Of a DNA stretch of 64,000 nucleotides, positions 50,489-60,853 are shown piece after piece (the stretch's first letter is position 1; each line of letters starts with the position of its first letter). Under the pieces are notes generated by a model. It did no database searches. It saw only the letters and a program-made list of their open reading frames with translations, and was not told the DNA's origin. Source of the stretch: Alphaproteobacteria bacterium (GTDB lineage Bacteria > Pseudomonadota > Alphaproteobacteria > JASGCL01); the NCBI GenBank assembly GCA_051010635.1, contig JBPCVJ010000002.1, forward strand, positions 14,848 through 78,847, in the 5' to 3' direction. The translations under genes and the position numbers were made by a program.

Positions 50489-51481
50489 ATGGTTATAAAA
50501 TTAGATAAAAAAATCTATGGCAAGTTTTTTACTTGCCAGAATCCGTTTCGTTCTTTTTTATTTCAGCAATGGTTTAAAATGATACCTGCCTATCAAAATC
50601 AAACTATCCTTGAACCATTTGCAGGTGAAAACAATATTGTCAATTTGTTACGCGATGTTGGTATAGGCAATGATTTTAATTCATTTGATATTAACATTCC
50701 ATTAAATAATAAAGCTTCGGATGTTACCATTCAACAGCAAAATACACTAAAAAATTTTCCTAAAAATTATTCTATAGCTATTACCAATCCGCCATATCTT
50801 GCAAAAAATTCTGCAACCCGTGATAAATTGCCTTATCCAAAAATAAAATATGATGATATTTACAAATTCGCCCTTGATATAATGCTAAATCATCTTGATT
50901 TTGTTGCGGCTATTATTCCCGAATCTTTTATTACCTCTGGGTTGTTTCATCACAGACTTTACGGTGTGATTTCTCTTAATTATGAAATGTTTGATGATAC
51001 CGATTGCCCTGTTTGTCTCGCATTATTTATGCCGTTGCGTAATAAACATATTAATCCAAAAGATTTTGTTATTTATTGGGGCGATAAAAAAATTGGTTAT
51101 TATGAAAAATTATCAAAAAACATTATTTCAACACATAAAAGAAGCGATTGGCGTTTTAATGACCCTTCGGGACAAATTGGTCTTTATGCCATAGATACCA
51201 CAGAGGGTGCGACAATTCGTTTTGTGCGTGGTGAAGAAATAAATAGCAAAGAAATAAAAGTAACCAATCGGGGTATAACAAGGATTGGTAAAAACGACAA
51301 TGTTGACAGAGATGATATTATTAACAGAGCAAATGATGTTCTTACTATTTATCGCAAAGAAACTTATGATATTTTAATGACAGCTTTTCGTGGATTAAGA
51401 AAAGATGGCTACTACAGGCGACGATTATCTTTTTATCAAGCCAATCAAATTCTTACCCACGCATTAGCACAATATGTATAA
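50489..51481 (+). CDS. Gamma-class N6-adenine-specific DNA methyltransferase (orphan; no adjacent restriction endonuclease gene)
   Basis: N-terminal GKFFTCQNPFRSFLF (the G-x-(F/Y)-(F/Y)-TP helper motif of N6-A DNA MTases), motif I ILEPFAGENN, motif IV IAITNPPYLAKN about 58 aa later (gamma order); 330 aa. Confidence 0.65.
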   Translation: MVIKLDKKIYGKFFTCQNPFRSFLFQQWFKMIPAYQNQTILEPFAGENNIVNLLRDVGIGNDFNSFDINIPLNNKASDVTIQQQNTLKNFPKNYSIAITNPPYLAKNSATRDKLPYPKIKYDDIYKFALDIMLNHLDFVAAIIPESFITSGLFHHRLYGVISLNYEMFDDTDCPVCLALFMPLRNKHINPKDFVIYWGDKKIGYYEKLSKNIISTHKRSDWRFNDPSGQIGLYAIDTTEGATIRFVRGEEINSKEIKVTNRGITRIGKNDNVDRDDIINRANDVLTIYRKETYDILMTAFRGLRKDGYYRRRLSFYQANQILTHALAQYV

Positions 51482-51569
51482 TCATTTTTAATTTAATTCA
51501 TAAACCAACTACCCGCAAAATAAAAAAAAGGGGAAAGCGATGTTTGTTCGGTTGGCAAGGCAATCTATA

Positions 51570-52454
51570 TCAACCCAATCTTTTTATTAGGGCACTGGTA
51601 TCAAGTTTTTCACTGCCACTATTTTGTAATTCTTCATAGAATTTTTCAACCTGTTCGGTAATGGGTAATTGGATATTTAATTTTTTTGCCTCATCAAGAC
51701 ATATCAATAAATCCTTCACCATCCATTTGATTTGAAAACCAAAATCAAATTCCCGTGCCGCCATAGTTGTGCCGCGATGTTCAATTTGCCAACTCTGCGC
51801 CCCACCATTTGATACAACCTGCAAGGCTTTTTGCATATCTATACCCGCTTGTTCGCCAAAATAAATAGCCTCTGATAAAGCTTGCAACAACCCCGCTATG
51901 GCAATTTGATTCATCATCTTGGTTAATTGCCCCGAACCTGATTCGCCTATCCATTCAATGGTTTTACCATAACAGGTTAATAGTGGTTTGGCTTTGGCAA
52001 AAATAGCTTTATCGCCACCTACCATAATGCTTAAAATGCCTTTGGCCGCACCCGCTTCACCACCCGATATAGGTGCATCAAGGAAATGAATATTTTTTGC
52101 CAAAGCATCTTTATATAATGCCCGTGCCAAACTGGCTGATGCGGTTGTGTGGTCAATAAATATAGCACCTGCTTTCATCACCGAAAAGGCTTCATCGGCA
52201 ACCGCCCTAACCGATGCATCATTGCCAAGACAAGCAAAAACCATATCGGCAGATTCCACCGCACCCTTTATATCATCAGAACTCCTTATGCTTAAGTTAG
52301 ATGTTTCTAATCCCGCCAACCATTTTTTGGCAACCGATGTTGTGCGATTAAAAACCACCAGATCGCTGACCCCATGTTGCGAAGATGCCATTGCCAAATG
52401 GCGTGCCATATTACCACCCATGACTCCCAGACCAAGAAAACTTATTGTCTTCAT
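51570..52454 (-). CDS. NAD(P)-dependent beta-hydroxyacid dehydrogenase (3-hydroxyisobutyrate / 2-hydroxy-3-oxopropionate reductase family)
   Basis: N-terminal MKTISFLGLGVMGGNMARHL Rossmann motif and a 6PGDH-type NAD-binding C-terminal domain; 294 aa. Confidence 0.8.
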   Translation of the reverse strand: MKTISFLGLGVMGGNMARHLAMASSQHGVSDLVVFNRTTSVAKKWLAGLETSNLSIRSSDDIKGAVESADMVFACLGNDASVRAVADEAFSVMKAGAIFIDHTTASASLARALYKDALAKNIHFLDAPISGGEAGAAKGILSIMVGGDKAIFAKAKPLLTCYGKTIEWIGESGSGQLTKMMNQIAIAGLLQALSEAIYFGEQAGIDMQKALQVVSNGGAQSWQIEHRGTTMAAREFDFGFQIKWMVKDLLICLDEAKKLNIQLPITEQVEKFYEELQNSGSEKLDTSALIKRLG

Positions 52455-52478
52455 ATTGATTGCCTAGCAAAATAAAAC

Positions 52479-55184
52479 TTGCTAGACAAGCCTGACATGA
52501 CCCAGAAATTGCTTGATAAGATTTTTTCATTTGCCGCTGTGGAAGATGACCTCTATCAGCGTTGGGAAACATCGGGTGCTTTTCGTGCCGATAACCCGCT
52601 CAAGTCTTTGAAAAATGCACTGCCCTATACGATTATGATACCGCCACCGAATATCACTGGGTCTTTGCACATGGGGCATGCTTTAAATAATACATTGCAA
52701 GATATTATGGTGCGCTATCATCGCTTAAAAAATTATGCCACCCATTGGCAACCTGGCACCGACCATGCCTCCATCGCCACCCAACAGGTGGTGGAGGGGA
52801 AACTAGCAAAAGAGAATTTGGATCGCCACAAATTAGGGCGTGAAGAATTTTTAAAACGGGTTTGGGCATGGAAGGAAGAATCGGGCGGGATTATCAACCA
52901 ACAATTAAGGCGGCTTGGGGCAAGTCCCGATTGGCAAAGCGAACGCTTTACAATGGATGAGGGTTTATCAAAATCGGTTAGCAAAGCCTTTGTTGAACTT
53001 TACAATGATGGTTTGATTTACAAGGCAAAACGCATGGTGAATTGGGACCCAAAAATGGAAACTGCAATTTCTGACTTGGAAGTTGTGCCAACCGAAGTTA
53101 AGGGCAAATTATATTATATCCATTATCCATTGCTAGAGGGCGAGGGCGGTATCACCATTGCCACCACCCGCCCCGAAACCATGCTGGGGGATACAGCGGT
53201 TGCGGTGCATCCCCATGATGAACGCTATCAAAAATTTATTGGCAAGGTTTTACGCCAACCCATCACCCAGCGTGAATTGATAGTCATAGCCGATGATTGG
53301 GTGGATAAGGATGCAGGTTCGGGGGCATTAAAGGTAACGCCATCATCTGACCCCAATGATTTTAAGCTCTACCAAAAACACAATTTGCCCTTGATAGAAA
53401 TTTTTGACAAGACGGGGCATTTGTTAGATAGCGATGCTATCCCCAAACACTATCATAAGGTGGAGCGGTTTCAAGCCAGAAAACAAATCATTGAGGAGCT
53501 GGGCGATTATTTAATCAAAAGTGAAGATATCACCCACACCGTGCCATATGGCGATAGGGGCGGCGTGGCAGTGGAATATCTTTTGACCGAGCAATGGTTT
53601 GTAAAAACCGAAAAACTGGCGGAGCTAGCAATAACCGCAGTAAAATCAAGCAACATAAAATTTATCCCTGAAAATTGGCACAATGATTATTTTCGTTGGC
53701 TGGAAAATATTGAACCTTGGTGTATTTCACGCCAATTATGGTGGGGGCACCGCATCCCTGCCTATTATGATGATGATGGCAAGGTTTTTGTCGCAACCGA
53801 TAAGGCTACTGCCGAAAATTTGGCAATGAAGCATTATGGCAAACCCACCAGCCTAACCCAAGATGATGATGTTTTGGATACATGGTTTTCATCGGCACTT
53901 TGGCCCTTTTCAACGCTTGGCTGGCCAGATAAGGGCGATATGTTAAAACGCCATTACCCCACCAATTTATTGATAACTGGGTTTGATATTCTTTTCTTTT
54001 GGGTAGCACGGATGGTGATGATGGGTATGTATTTTATGAAATCAGTGCCTTTTAAAATGGTTTATGTGCATGCCTTGGTGCGTGATGAAAAGGGGCAAAA
54101 AATGTCTAAATCAAAGGGCAATGTGATTGACCCTTTGGATTTGATAAACCAATGGGGTGCCGATGCGATGCGTTTTACCTTAACCGCCTTATCATCGCCA
54201 GGGCGTGATATAAAATTATCACAAGAGCGTGTGAAAGGTTATCGTAATTTTATTACCAAATTATGGAATGGCGCACGATTTTGTCAATTTGTTTTGGGCG
54301 ATAAAATATCTGCCAGCCCTATCAACCACCAACCACCGCTTGCCAAACATCCCATCAATAATTGGATGATAGCCCAATTGGCAAACACCATTCAACAATG
54401 CGAAAAACATTTGCACAATTACCGATTTGATTATTATGCCAATCAATTACACCATCTATTGTGGCATGAATTTTGTGATTGGTATTTGGAAATTATCAAA
54501 CCGATATTGCAAGATAAACATCACCCCGATTATCATGAAACAAGCGATAGTTTATTATTTGTGTTGCATCAAATGCTTATCATTATGCACCCGACTATAC
54601 CATTTGTTACTGAGGAAATTTATCAAACATTTTTTGCCAAAAAAAATGGCGGGAAGGATTTTTTGTGTAATCAAACTTGGCCTATCTGGCAGGGGGAGGC
54701 AAAATATACATCGGCTGATGGCAACCATGATTATCGTAAAGTCGAACAAATGAAAGAGCTCACCAGTAAAGTGCGGTCGCTACGCACCCTGTTGGAGCTT
54801 GATGAAAAAATTTCACTACCATTGTTTGATAAAAAGAATGATGATAATTGGTATGCACCATTGATAGATTTGGCAATGTTGGTTTCGCATCAGGGAAAGC
54901 CGTCTGGCAAAACCATCGCCATCCCTGCGGGGGATAGCGAATTTATTATCGGGCTACCCAACGATTTACCGATGGAAAACATCAGCCACCTATTGCAAAA
55001 AAAATTAACCCAATTGGCTAAGGATATTGCTATCACCAGACAAAAAACCGACCACGCAGAATTTATGAAACGCGCCAAACCAGAGGTTAAACAAGAATTG
55101 ACTCTACGGCTGGCAAGATTATCCAATGAAAAAAAATTGATGCAGATGGTGGAAAAAAGCCTTTTGGGTATTGCGACAAAATAA
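52479..55184 (+). CDS. valS: Valine--tRNA ligase
   Basis: HIGH motif PPNITGSLHMGHA, KMSKS motif KMSKSKGN, editing domain, coiled-coil C-terminus; 901 aa. Confidence 0.95.
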   Translation: MLDKPDMTQKLLDKIFSFAAVEDDLYQRWETSGAFRADNPLKSLKNALPYTIMIPPPNITGSLHMGHALNNTLQDIMVRYHRLKNYATHWQPGTDHASIATQQVVEGKLAKENLDRHKLGREEFLKRVWAWKEESGGIINQQLRRLGASPDWQSERFTMDEGLSKSVSKAFVELYNDGLIYKAKRMVNWDPKMETAISDLEVVPTEVKGKLYYIHYPLLEGEGGITIATTRPETMLGDTAVAVHPHDERYQKFIGKVLRQPITQRELIVIADDWVDKDAGSGALKVTPSSDPNDFKLYQKHNLPLIEIFDKTGHLLDSDAIPKHYHKVERFQARKQIIEELGDYLIKSEDITHTVPYGDRGGVAVEYLLTEQWFVKTEKLAELAITAVKSSNIKFIPENWHNDYFRWLENIEPWCISRQLWWGHRIPAYYDDDGKVFVATDKATAENLAMKHYGKPTSLTQDDDVLDTWFSSALWPFSTLGWPDKGDMLKRHYPTNLLITGFDILFFWVARMVMMGMYFMKSVPFKMVYVHALVRDEKGQKMSKSKGNVIDPLDLINQWGADAMRFTLTALSSPGRDIKLSQERVKGYRNFITKLWNGARFCQFVLGDKISASPINHQPPLAKHPINNWMIAQLANTIQQCEKHLHNYRFDYYANQLHHLLWHEFCDWYLEIIKPILQDKHHPDYHETSDSLLFVLHQMLIIMHPTIPFVTEEIYQTFFAKKNGGKDFLCNQTWPIWQGEAKYTSADGNHDYRKVEQMKELTSKVRSLRTLLELDEKISLPLFDKKNDDNWYAPLIDLAMLVSHQGKPSGKTIAIPAGDSEFIIGLPNDLPMENISHLLQKKLTQLAKDIAITRQKTDHAEFMKRAKPEVKQELTLRLARLSNEKKLMQMVEKSLLGIATK

Positions 55185-55254
55185 CCGATGATAAAATAAC
55201 AACGGCTTAATTTTTGCAAGTATCAACTTTTGCGAATCTATATGGAAATAAAAT

Positions 55255-56214
55255 ATGAATAAAAACATTATCGCTAAAGATTTATCACCAGAGGCAGAAG
55301 AATGGCTTATGTATTTTTTGGAAACCTATGCCGCCGAGCGAGGTTTGGCAAATTTAAGTTTGCGTGCCTATAAAGATGATATTTGTCAATTTTTTTCTTA
55401 CCTTAAAAATAAAAACATTGCCATATCTAATATATCCATTAAGGTGGCAAAAAATTATTTGGCATGGCTGGTTGAAGATAAAAAAATTGGTCAAACCAGC
55501 CAAGCAAGAAAATTATCTGCCTTAAGGCAATTTTATAATTTTTTATGGCGGGAAAAATATATTGCTAATAATCCTTTTGCCGAAATTGAAAATCCAAAAA
55601 TGCCACGCTCCCTACCAAAAACCTTGTCGGTTGATGATGTGGCAAAATTATTAAAAGCGGTGGCGCATTTAGAAAAAAAGGAACAATTACGATTGCAGGC
55701 TATGGTTGAATTGCTTTATGCCGCAGGTTTAAGGGTTTCAGAAATGTTGGCATTGCCGATGGCGGCAATAGACCTTGAAAAAAAAATTATTCGTGTTATG
55801 GGCAAGGGCAAAAAGGAACGATTTGCCATCATCAATCATAGTGCAAAACAGGCAATAAAAAATTATTTAGCCGTGCGGAATTTATTTTTAAAAGGCGATA
55901 AGCGGTCAGAATTTTTATTTCCATCATCGGGTGGGCGTGGCGCGGTAAGCCGATCGGGGCATTTGACAAGGCAAAGATTTTCACAATTATTAAAACAATT
56001 AGCTGATGACGCCCATCTTTGTGAAAAAAATATCAGCCCCCATATGTTGCGTCATGCCTTTGCTTGCCATCTGTTGGCGGGTGGCACTGATGTTAGGTCA
56101 TTACAGATATTGCTAGGGCATAGCCATATTGCCACCACGGAAATCTATACCCAGCTTGATTTGGCACAAAAGAAAAAATTGGTGTTAGAAAAACACCCTT
56201 TGCAAAAATTTTAA
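55255..56214 (+). CDS. xerD: Site-specific tyrosine recombinase XerD
   Basis: Close collinear match to XerD: MVELLYAAGLRVSEMLAL, IIRVMGKGKKERF, HMLRHAFACHLLAGGTDVRSLQILLGHSHIATTEIYTQL (catalytic R..H-R-H..Y). Confidence 0.85.
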   Translation: MNKNIIAKDLSPEAEEWLMYFLETYAAERGLANLSLRAYKDDICQFFSYLKNKNIAISNISIKVAKNYLAWLVEDKKIGQTSQARKLSALRQFYNFLWREKYIANNPFAEIENPKMPRSLPKTLSVDDVAKLLKAVAHLEKKEQLRLQAMVELLYAAGLRVSEMLALPMAAIDLEKKIIRVMGKGKKERFAIINHSAKQAIKNYLAVRNLFLKGDKRSEFLFPSSGGRGAVSRSGHLTRQRFSQLLKQLADDAHLCEKNISPHMLRHAFACHLLAGGTDVRSLQILLGHSHIATTEIYTQLDLAQKKKLVLEKHPLQKF

Positions 56215-56606
56215 CTGCCCTTTTTAAAATCAAGCGACGCCGAATTGATACAATAACGCAAACCAGTTGGTTTAGGACCATCAGGAAAAACATGGCCAAG
56301 ATGTGCATCGCAAGCATTACAAATAACTTCGGTGCGTTTCATAAAAAAACTATTATCTGCCTCTTCCCCCACGACCTCGCCTTTTTGACCCTTAACGGGC
56401 TTGGTAAAACTTGGCCAACCCGTGCCCGAATCAAATTTATCATTTGATGCAAAAAGTTCGGCACCACAACAACGGCAATGATACATACCGCTTTCATGGT
56501 TATCATTATATTGACCGCTAAAGGCACGCTCAGTGCCTTTTTCACGCGTGATGTGATAAACATCAGGGGGTAAAATTTCTCGCCAATTTTTTTTATTTTT
56601 TTCCAT
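56211..56606 (-). CDS. msrB: Peptide-methionine (R)-S-oxide reductase
   Basis: Two CxxC zinc motifs (YHCRCCGAELF ... CNACDAHLGHVF) and the catalytic RYCINSASL. Confidence 0.9.
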   Translation of the reverse strand: MEKNKKNWREILPPDVYHITREKGTERAFSGQYNDNHESGMYHCRCCGAELFASNDKFDSGTGWPSFTKPVKGQKGEVVGEEADNSFFMKRTEVICNACDAHLGHVFPDGPKPTGLRYCINSASLDFKKGS

Positions 56607-57636
56607 ACCCCATATTGTAAAGCTTAGATTTCAAAAAAGCAATCAATTTTGGCTCTGCCACAATGGTTTGTGGCATCATCAAAACCTGTTTTGCTATATC
56701 AGGTGGCAAGCGGACAAAATCTTTTTTGGTGGTAATCAGTTTGGCGCGATGATGCTGGGCGAGATGAGTCAATTTATGCAATTGCTGTTTGCTAAAATAA
56801 TGATGGTCAGAAAATTTTTTATAACCGACCAGATGACCATGATGTTTTTTTATAGCCGTAAAAAAACTATCAGGGCGAGCAATCGCCGCAAAACCATATA
56901 ATTTTTGCCCAGTGACAAATGGTGGATGATAATTTTTTTTTAAAATAAAGACTGGTTGTTTTATGTTTGGCAAAGATGGTGTTTCATAAAACCCATCACG
57001 CAATAATAACAAACCAGCGGGCGGGCGATGTTGATTGTTAAGTGCCACTGATAAAAATTGTCTTAAAGGTCCAAGCGGCAACAACCAGCCATTTCCCAAA
57101 TAAAAATCTGCCTGTAGGGTTAAAAGAGTCAATGTTGGGCGAAAACTATAATCTTCAAAACCATCATCGGCAATGATAATATTATATTTTTTTTTGGCTC
57201 GCAATTTTTCTATCAATGTTAAACCAGCTCGGCGGTTTTTACATAATACCACATCGCTATATTGACTATGCAATATAGCTTCATCCATCAAAAAATGATT
57301 TTTTTTATTTTTTTCTAACAATATTGCATCACCCTTACCACGCCATGAGGTTTTATAATTCTTAACCAACACCACGGCACGCGGAAAATAACGGCACAAC
57401 ATTGCCACCACAGATGTTTTCCCCCCACCACCTACCACAATATTGCCAACCAATAATATCGGTAATTTGGTAGGCGATGAGCGGTATAAGATCAATTGCA
57501 ATTGTTTTCGCAAAAAACTTATCATCTGCCACAGCAATGCTACGGGCAATAATAAAAACAACAAAGGCAGGCTTGCCCAAAAAATAATTTTTTCCAAAGG
57601 CAAAAGCAAATGTCGGGGATACCACCACAAAAACAT
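56593..57636 (-). CDS. lpxK: Tetraacyldisaccharide 4'-kinase
   Basis: N-terminal TM and P-loop LLVGNIVVGGGGKTSVV; 347 aa. Confidence 0.85.
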   Translation of the reverse strand: MFLWWYPRHLLLPLEKIIFWASLPLLFLLLPVALLWQMISFLRKQLQLILYRSSPTKLPILLVGNIVVGGGGKTSVVAMLCRYFPRAVVLVKNYKTSWRGKGDAILLEKNKKNHFLMDEAILHSQYSDVVLCKNRRAGLTLIEKLRAKKKYNIIIADDGFEDYSFRPTLTLLTLQADFYLGNGWLLPLGPLRQFLSVALNNQHRPPAGLLLLRDGFYETPSLPNIKQPVFILKKNYHPPFVTGQKLYGFAAIARPDSFFTAIKKHHGHLVGYKKFSDHHYFSKQQLHKLTHLAQHHRAKLITTKKDFVRLPPDIAKQVLMMPQTIVAEPKLIAFLKSKLYNMGYGKK

Positions 57637-57637
57637 T

Positions 57638-59014
57638 TTATTTTTTTTTATTTTTTGTTTTTGGCAATGGTTTTGATAATATGGTGGCTGGCAAAGATTT
57701 TGCCATAATATGGGTGATGTTATGTATCATCTTATCTGGTGCATGGCGTGATGAGGTTTGCCAATTTTTTGCATTTTGGCTTATGGTATTTTTTTTACTG
57801 GTTGATAATGCCTTAAACCAAATAATTTTTTTATAGATAATATTGATATCTTCTGTCAAATAGGTCAAATGGCGATGGTCGGTATCTTGATAAATATCAA
57901 TAGCATTATCAATATATTTGCCATGCAAAATAAGCCCGCCTTGGTCAAGCGCTTCTTTTGGGTTATGCCCACCTCGATTGACCCAACTGCCACCCAAAAG
58001 CACCAATGGGCAAAGATGATAAAGACTAGGCAAATGACCAAAAGTTGTCACCTGTATAAATTGATGGTGGTTGAGGTTTTGCTTTGCCGCCGCCATGGCG
58101 AATGATGTTCGCCATAAACCAAGCCGTGGATGGCGTGGCACAATAATAGCAAAAAAATGTTTTTTTAATTCGGGAAATTTTTTGTAAAGTTCAAGAAATA
58201 TTTTTTCTTCGCCTTTATGCAAACAGGCAAACAACAAAGGTTGTTTATCGACTGGGATACAATTTTTATAAAATTGAACCAATGATGTTTGCGGAGCATC
58301 GGTTTTTTTGTATAATTTTAAATTGCCATCATAATGCACAGATTTTTTTGATAATTGGGATAAATAATATTGTGATGTGCTTGATTGTGCCCATAATAGA
58401 CGAAAATGAGAAAAAATAATCCATCTCCAGATAAATAAACATTTAAAAAATACCGCAGTTTTTTTACTAACACGACCATTTAATAAATAGGATGGAATTT
58501 TTTTTACCCGCAACCACAATGAACGACGGGGCAAAAAATCTGATTCTGCCAAAATAAATGCGGCAGGGCGTAAAACTCGCCAATTATTTTTTATCAACCA
58601 CAAGTTATCAAAAGGTGCAAGAGATAAATGAAAATTCTTATGGGGAAATGTGGTCAGCAAAAATGACATCAATGATTTTTTTAAAGCCAATTTGGCGGTT
58701 GGCGATTGACAGGTAATGACAAAAAAAATATCCTTTTGCAAAATGGTTTTTTGCCATGATGTTATCAATGGCAAAATAGATAAGGTTTCACCCAAAGATG
58801 GGGCATGAAGCCAAACAATATCTTTTGTCATAATTTTGCGATGCAATAAACGATGCCCGCAAAAACCAAATCGCTGTTTTAAATCGGCAAAGGATTCTCG
58901 TCTGGTGAGAAAAAACATAACCGCCACACCTAGCCAAAAAATTAACAATAGACCATCCACCAATAAAACAACGCTATAATACAACAATAGCAAAGGATAA
59001 AATTTTTTCATCAT
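57638..59014 (-). CDS. waaA: 3-deoxy-D-manno-octulosonic acid (Kdo) transferase
   Basis: VWLHAPSLGETLSILPLI matches the WaaA/KdtA N-domain signature (WxHxxSxGE); GT30 layout; 458 aa. Confidence 0.85.
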   Translation of the reverse strand: MMKKFYPLLLLYYSVVLLVDGLLLIFWLGVAVMFFLTRRESFADLKQRFGFCGHRLLHRKIMTKDIVWLHAPSLGETLSILPLITSWQKTILQKDIFFVITCQSPTAKLALKKSLMSFLLTTFPHKNFHLSLAPFDNLWLIKNNWRVLRPAAFILAESDFLPRRSLWLRVKKIPSYLLNGRVSKKTAVFFKCLFIWRWIIFSHFRLLWAQSSTSQYYLSQLSKKSVHYDGNLKLYKKTDAPQTSLVQFYKNCIPVDKQPLLFACLHKGEEKIFLELYKKFPELKKHFFAIIVPRHPRLGLWRTSFAMAAAKQNLNHHQFIQVTTFGHLPSLYHLCPLVLLGGSWVNRGGHNPKEALDQGGLILHGKYIDNAIDIYQDTDHRHLTYLTEDINIIYKKIIWFKALSTSKKNTISQNAKNWQTSSRHAPDKMIHNITHIMAKSLPATILSKPLPKTKNKKK

Positions 59015-59026
59015 TAATGTTTTATA

Positions 59027-60787
59027 TTATTCGCCAACCAATTGTTCCCGTGCCAATTCGGCATAAAGCCCACTTTTTTTCAATAATTGATTATGGGTGC
59101 CCTGTTCACGAATCTGCCCCTTATCAAGCACCAAAATCATATCGGCTTTTTTCACCGTTGCTAAACGATGGGCAATAATAATAGCGGTGCGATTTTTTAA
59201 TAATTCTTCCCATGTTTTTTGTAAAGATTTTTCCGTTTTGGCATCAAGTGCCGAGGTTACTTCATCAAGCAAAATAATCGGGGCATTTTTTAAAAAAGCC
59301 CGTGCCAATGATATACGCTGTTTTTGCCCGCCTGATAAAGCATTACCCATTTCGCCTGCTCGGGTGTGAAAGCCTTTCGGCAAATGATTAATAAAATGAA
59401 GCGCCTCGGCACGACTGGCGGCTTTTTTTATGTCTGCCATATCGGCACGCATATCGCCCACCAAAATATTGTCATAGATACTAACATCAAACAACCCCTG
59501 TTCTTGGCTCACCAAAGCTATCTGTTGCCTTAATGAATAAAGCGAAGTTGTTTTAATATCTTGCCCATCAATAAAAATTTTACCGCTATTGGTTTCATAA
59601 AGCCGTGGTATCAAACTCATCAAGGTCGATTTGCCCGCCCCCGATGCACCAACCAATGCCACCATTTTACCACCCGATATAGTCAAGGAAAAATCCTTAA
59701 AAACAGAACGACCATCAGGATAAATAAAACTCACCTTATCAAAAATTATTGTGCCTTTTTTTACTATCAAATCTTTACCCGCTGTAATGGTTTTTCTTTT
59801 TTTCTCTTCTTGTAGCAAGGCAAAAATGCGTGCCAGCGGTGGTAGTGCATCATTGATATTAGCTGTTACCCCAGCCAAAGCGCGTATGGGTGCAAACATC
59901 AGCATCAAGGTTACCAGATAGCTAATAAATTGCCCTTGTGTCATGATACCATTGGCAATACTATAACCCGCCATAGCCAAAGTAATAAAATAAATAATAC
60001 CCAAAATTATATTGACCGATGGATTAGACCAAGCCTTCATAAGATTGGATTTTTTTTGCGTGCGGCTGTTATCAGCAAAAGATTGATTAACCCGTGCCTT
60101 TTGCCATTCTTCAAGCCCATAGGCACGGGTATGTTTTGCCCCCTTCAAACTATCATCTAACACCGCCAGCATATCGCCCGCTTGTGATTGCTGGCGATGC
60201 GATAATATTTTTATGCGTCTGCCCAATATTCTAATAGGCAAAACAAACAATGGAAAAGCTATCAATATCATTAAGGTCATGACCCAATTATAGCTAAACA
60301 ATAACCCCATCAAAAAAATAAAGGTCAATAGATCTTTTCCCAAATTCACAACCAAATTGCTAAGATTGCCAATCACCACATTGACATCATGGGTAAAACG
60401 GGAAATTTCTTTGGCAGTGCCTTCGCTTGATAAAATTTCAAGCGGTCGGGTTTGCAAGGCGGCAAAAATTTTACGGCGTAAAGTTTCAATGATATTAACA
60501 GCGATGCGTTGCAACAAAACCGTCTGCCCAAGCAGGGTAAAACCACGCAACACCGAGGCAAAACAAAATCCACCACCCACCCATAATAAATAAGATAGGT
60601 CATTGTTTTGTGCCGCCTTGATGCCATCGTCAATCGCAGGTTCAACCAATTTGGCTATTGCCGCCGTTGATAAACCACTCATCACCATCAACAAAACAAT
60701 CAATGGATAATGCCAACGATAGTGAAAAAGATAATCACGCCAAAGTTTTTTTAAAAGAGCAAAATCTTGTTGAAGGTTGCTTTTCAT
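59027..60787 (-). CDS. msbA: Lipid A export ATP-binding/permease protein
   Basis: 6-TM ABC exporter domain plus NBD (Walker A GASGAGKST, signature LSGGQKQR, Walker B ILLDEVTSALD). Sits in a cluster with lpxK-waaA. Confidence 0.85.
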   Translation of the reverse strand: MKSNLQQDFALLKKLWRDYLFHYRWHYPLIVLLMVMSGLSTAAIAKLVEPAIDDGIKAAQNNDLSYLLWVGGGFCFASVLRGFTLLGQTVLLQRIAVNIIETLRRKIFAALQTRPLEILSSEGTAKEISRFTHDVNVVIGNLSNLVVNLGKDLLTFIFLMGLLFSYNWVMTLMILIAFPLFVLPIRILGRRIKILSHRQQSQAGDMLAVLDDSLKGAKHTRAYGLEEWQKARVNQSFADNSRTQKKSNLMKAWSNPSVNIILGIIYFITLAMAGYSIANGIMTQGQFISYLVTLMLMFAPIRALAGVTANINDALPPLARIFALLQEEKKRKTITAGKDLIVKKGTIIFDKVSFIYPDGRSVFKDFSLTISGGKMVALVGASGAGKSTLMSLIPRLYETNSGKIFIDGQDIKTTSLYSLRQQIALVSQEQGLFDVSIYDNILVGDMRADMADIKKAASRAEALHFINHLPKGFHTRAGEMGNALSGGQKQRISLARAFLKNAPIILLDEVTSALDAKTEKSLQKTWEELLKNRTAIIIAHRLATVKKADMILVLDKGQIREQGTHNQLLKKSGLYAELAREQLVGE

Positions 60788-60853
60788 ATCATTTTTATCT
60801 TAATTATTTTTTTATAGGCGAGTTTATATTGCTTGGCAATATAATACATGATG

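Noticed and set aside
55255-56214. Tyrosine recombinase as a sign of an integrated prophage or island
   Set aside because: The sequence is collinear with chromosomal XerD (dimer resolution). No adjacent phage genes, att-like repeats or tRNA are present.
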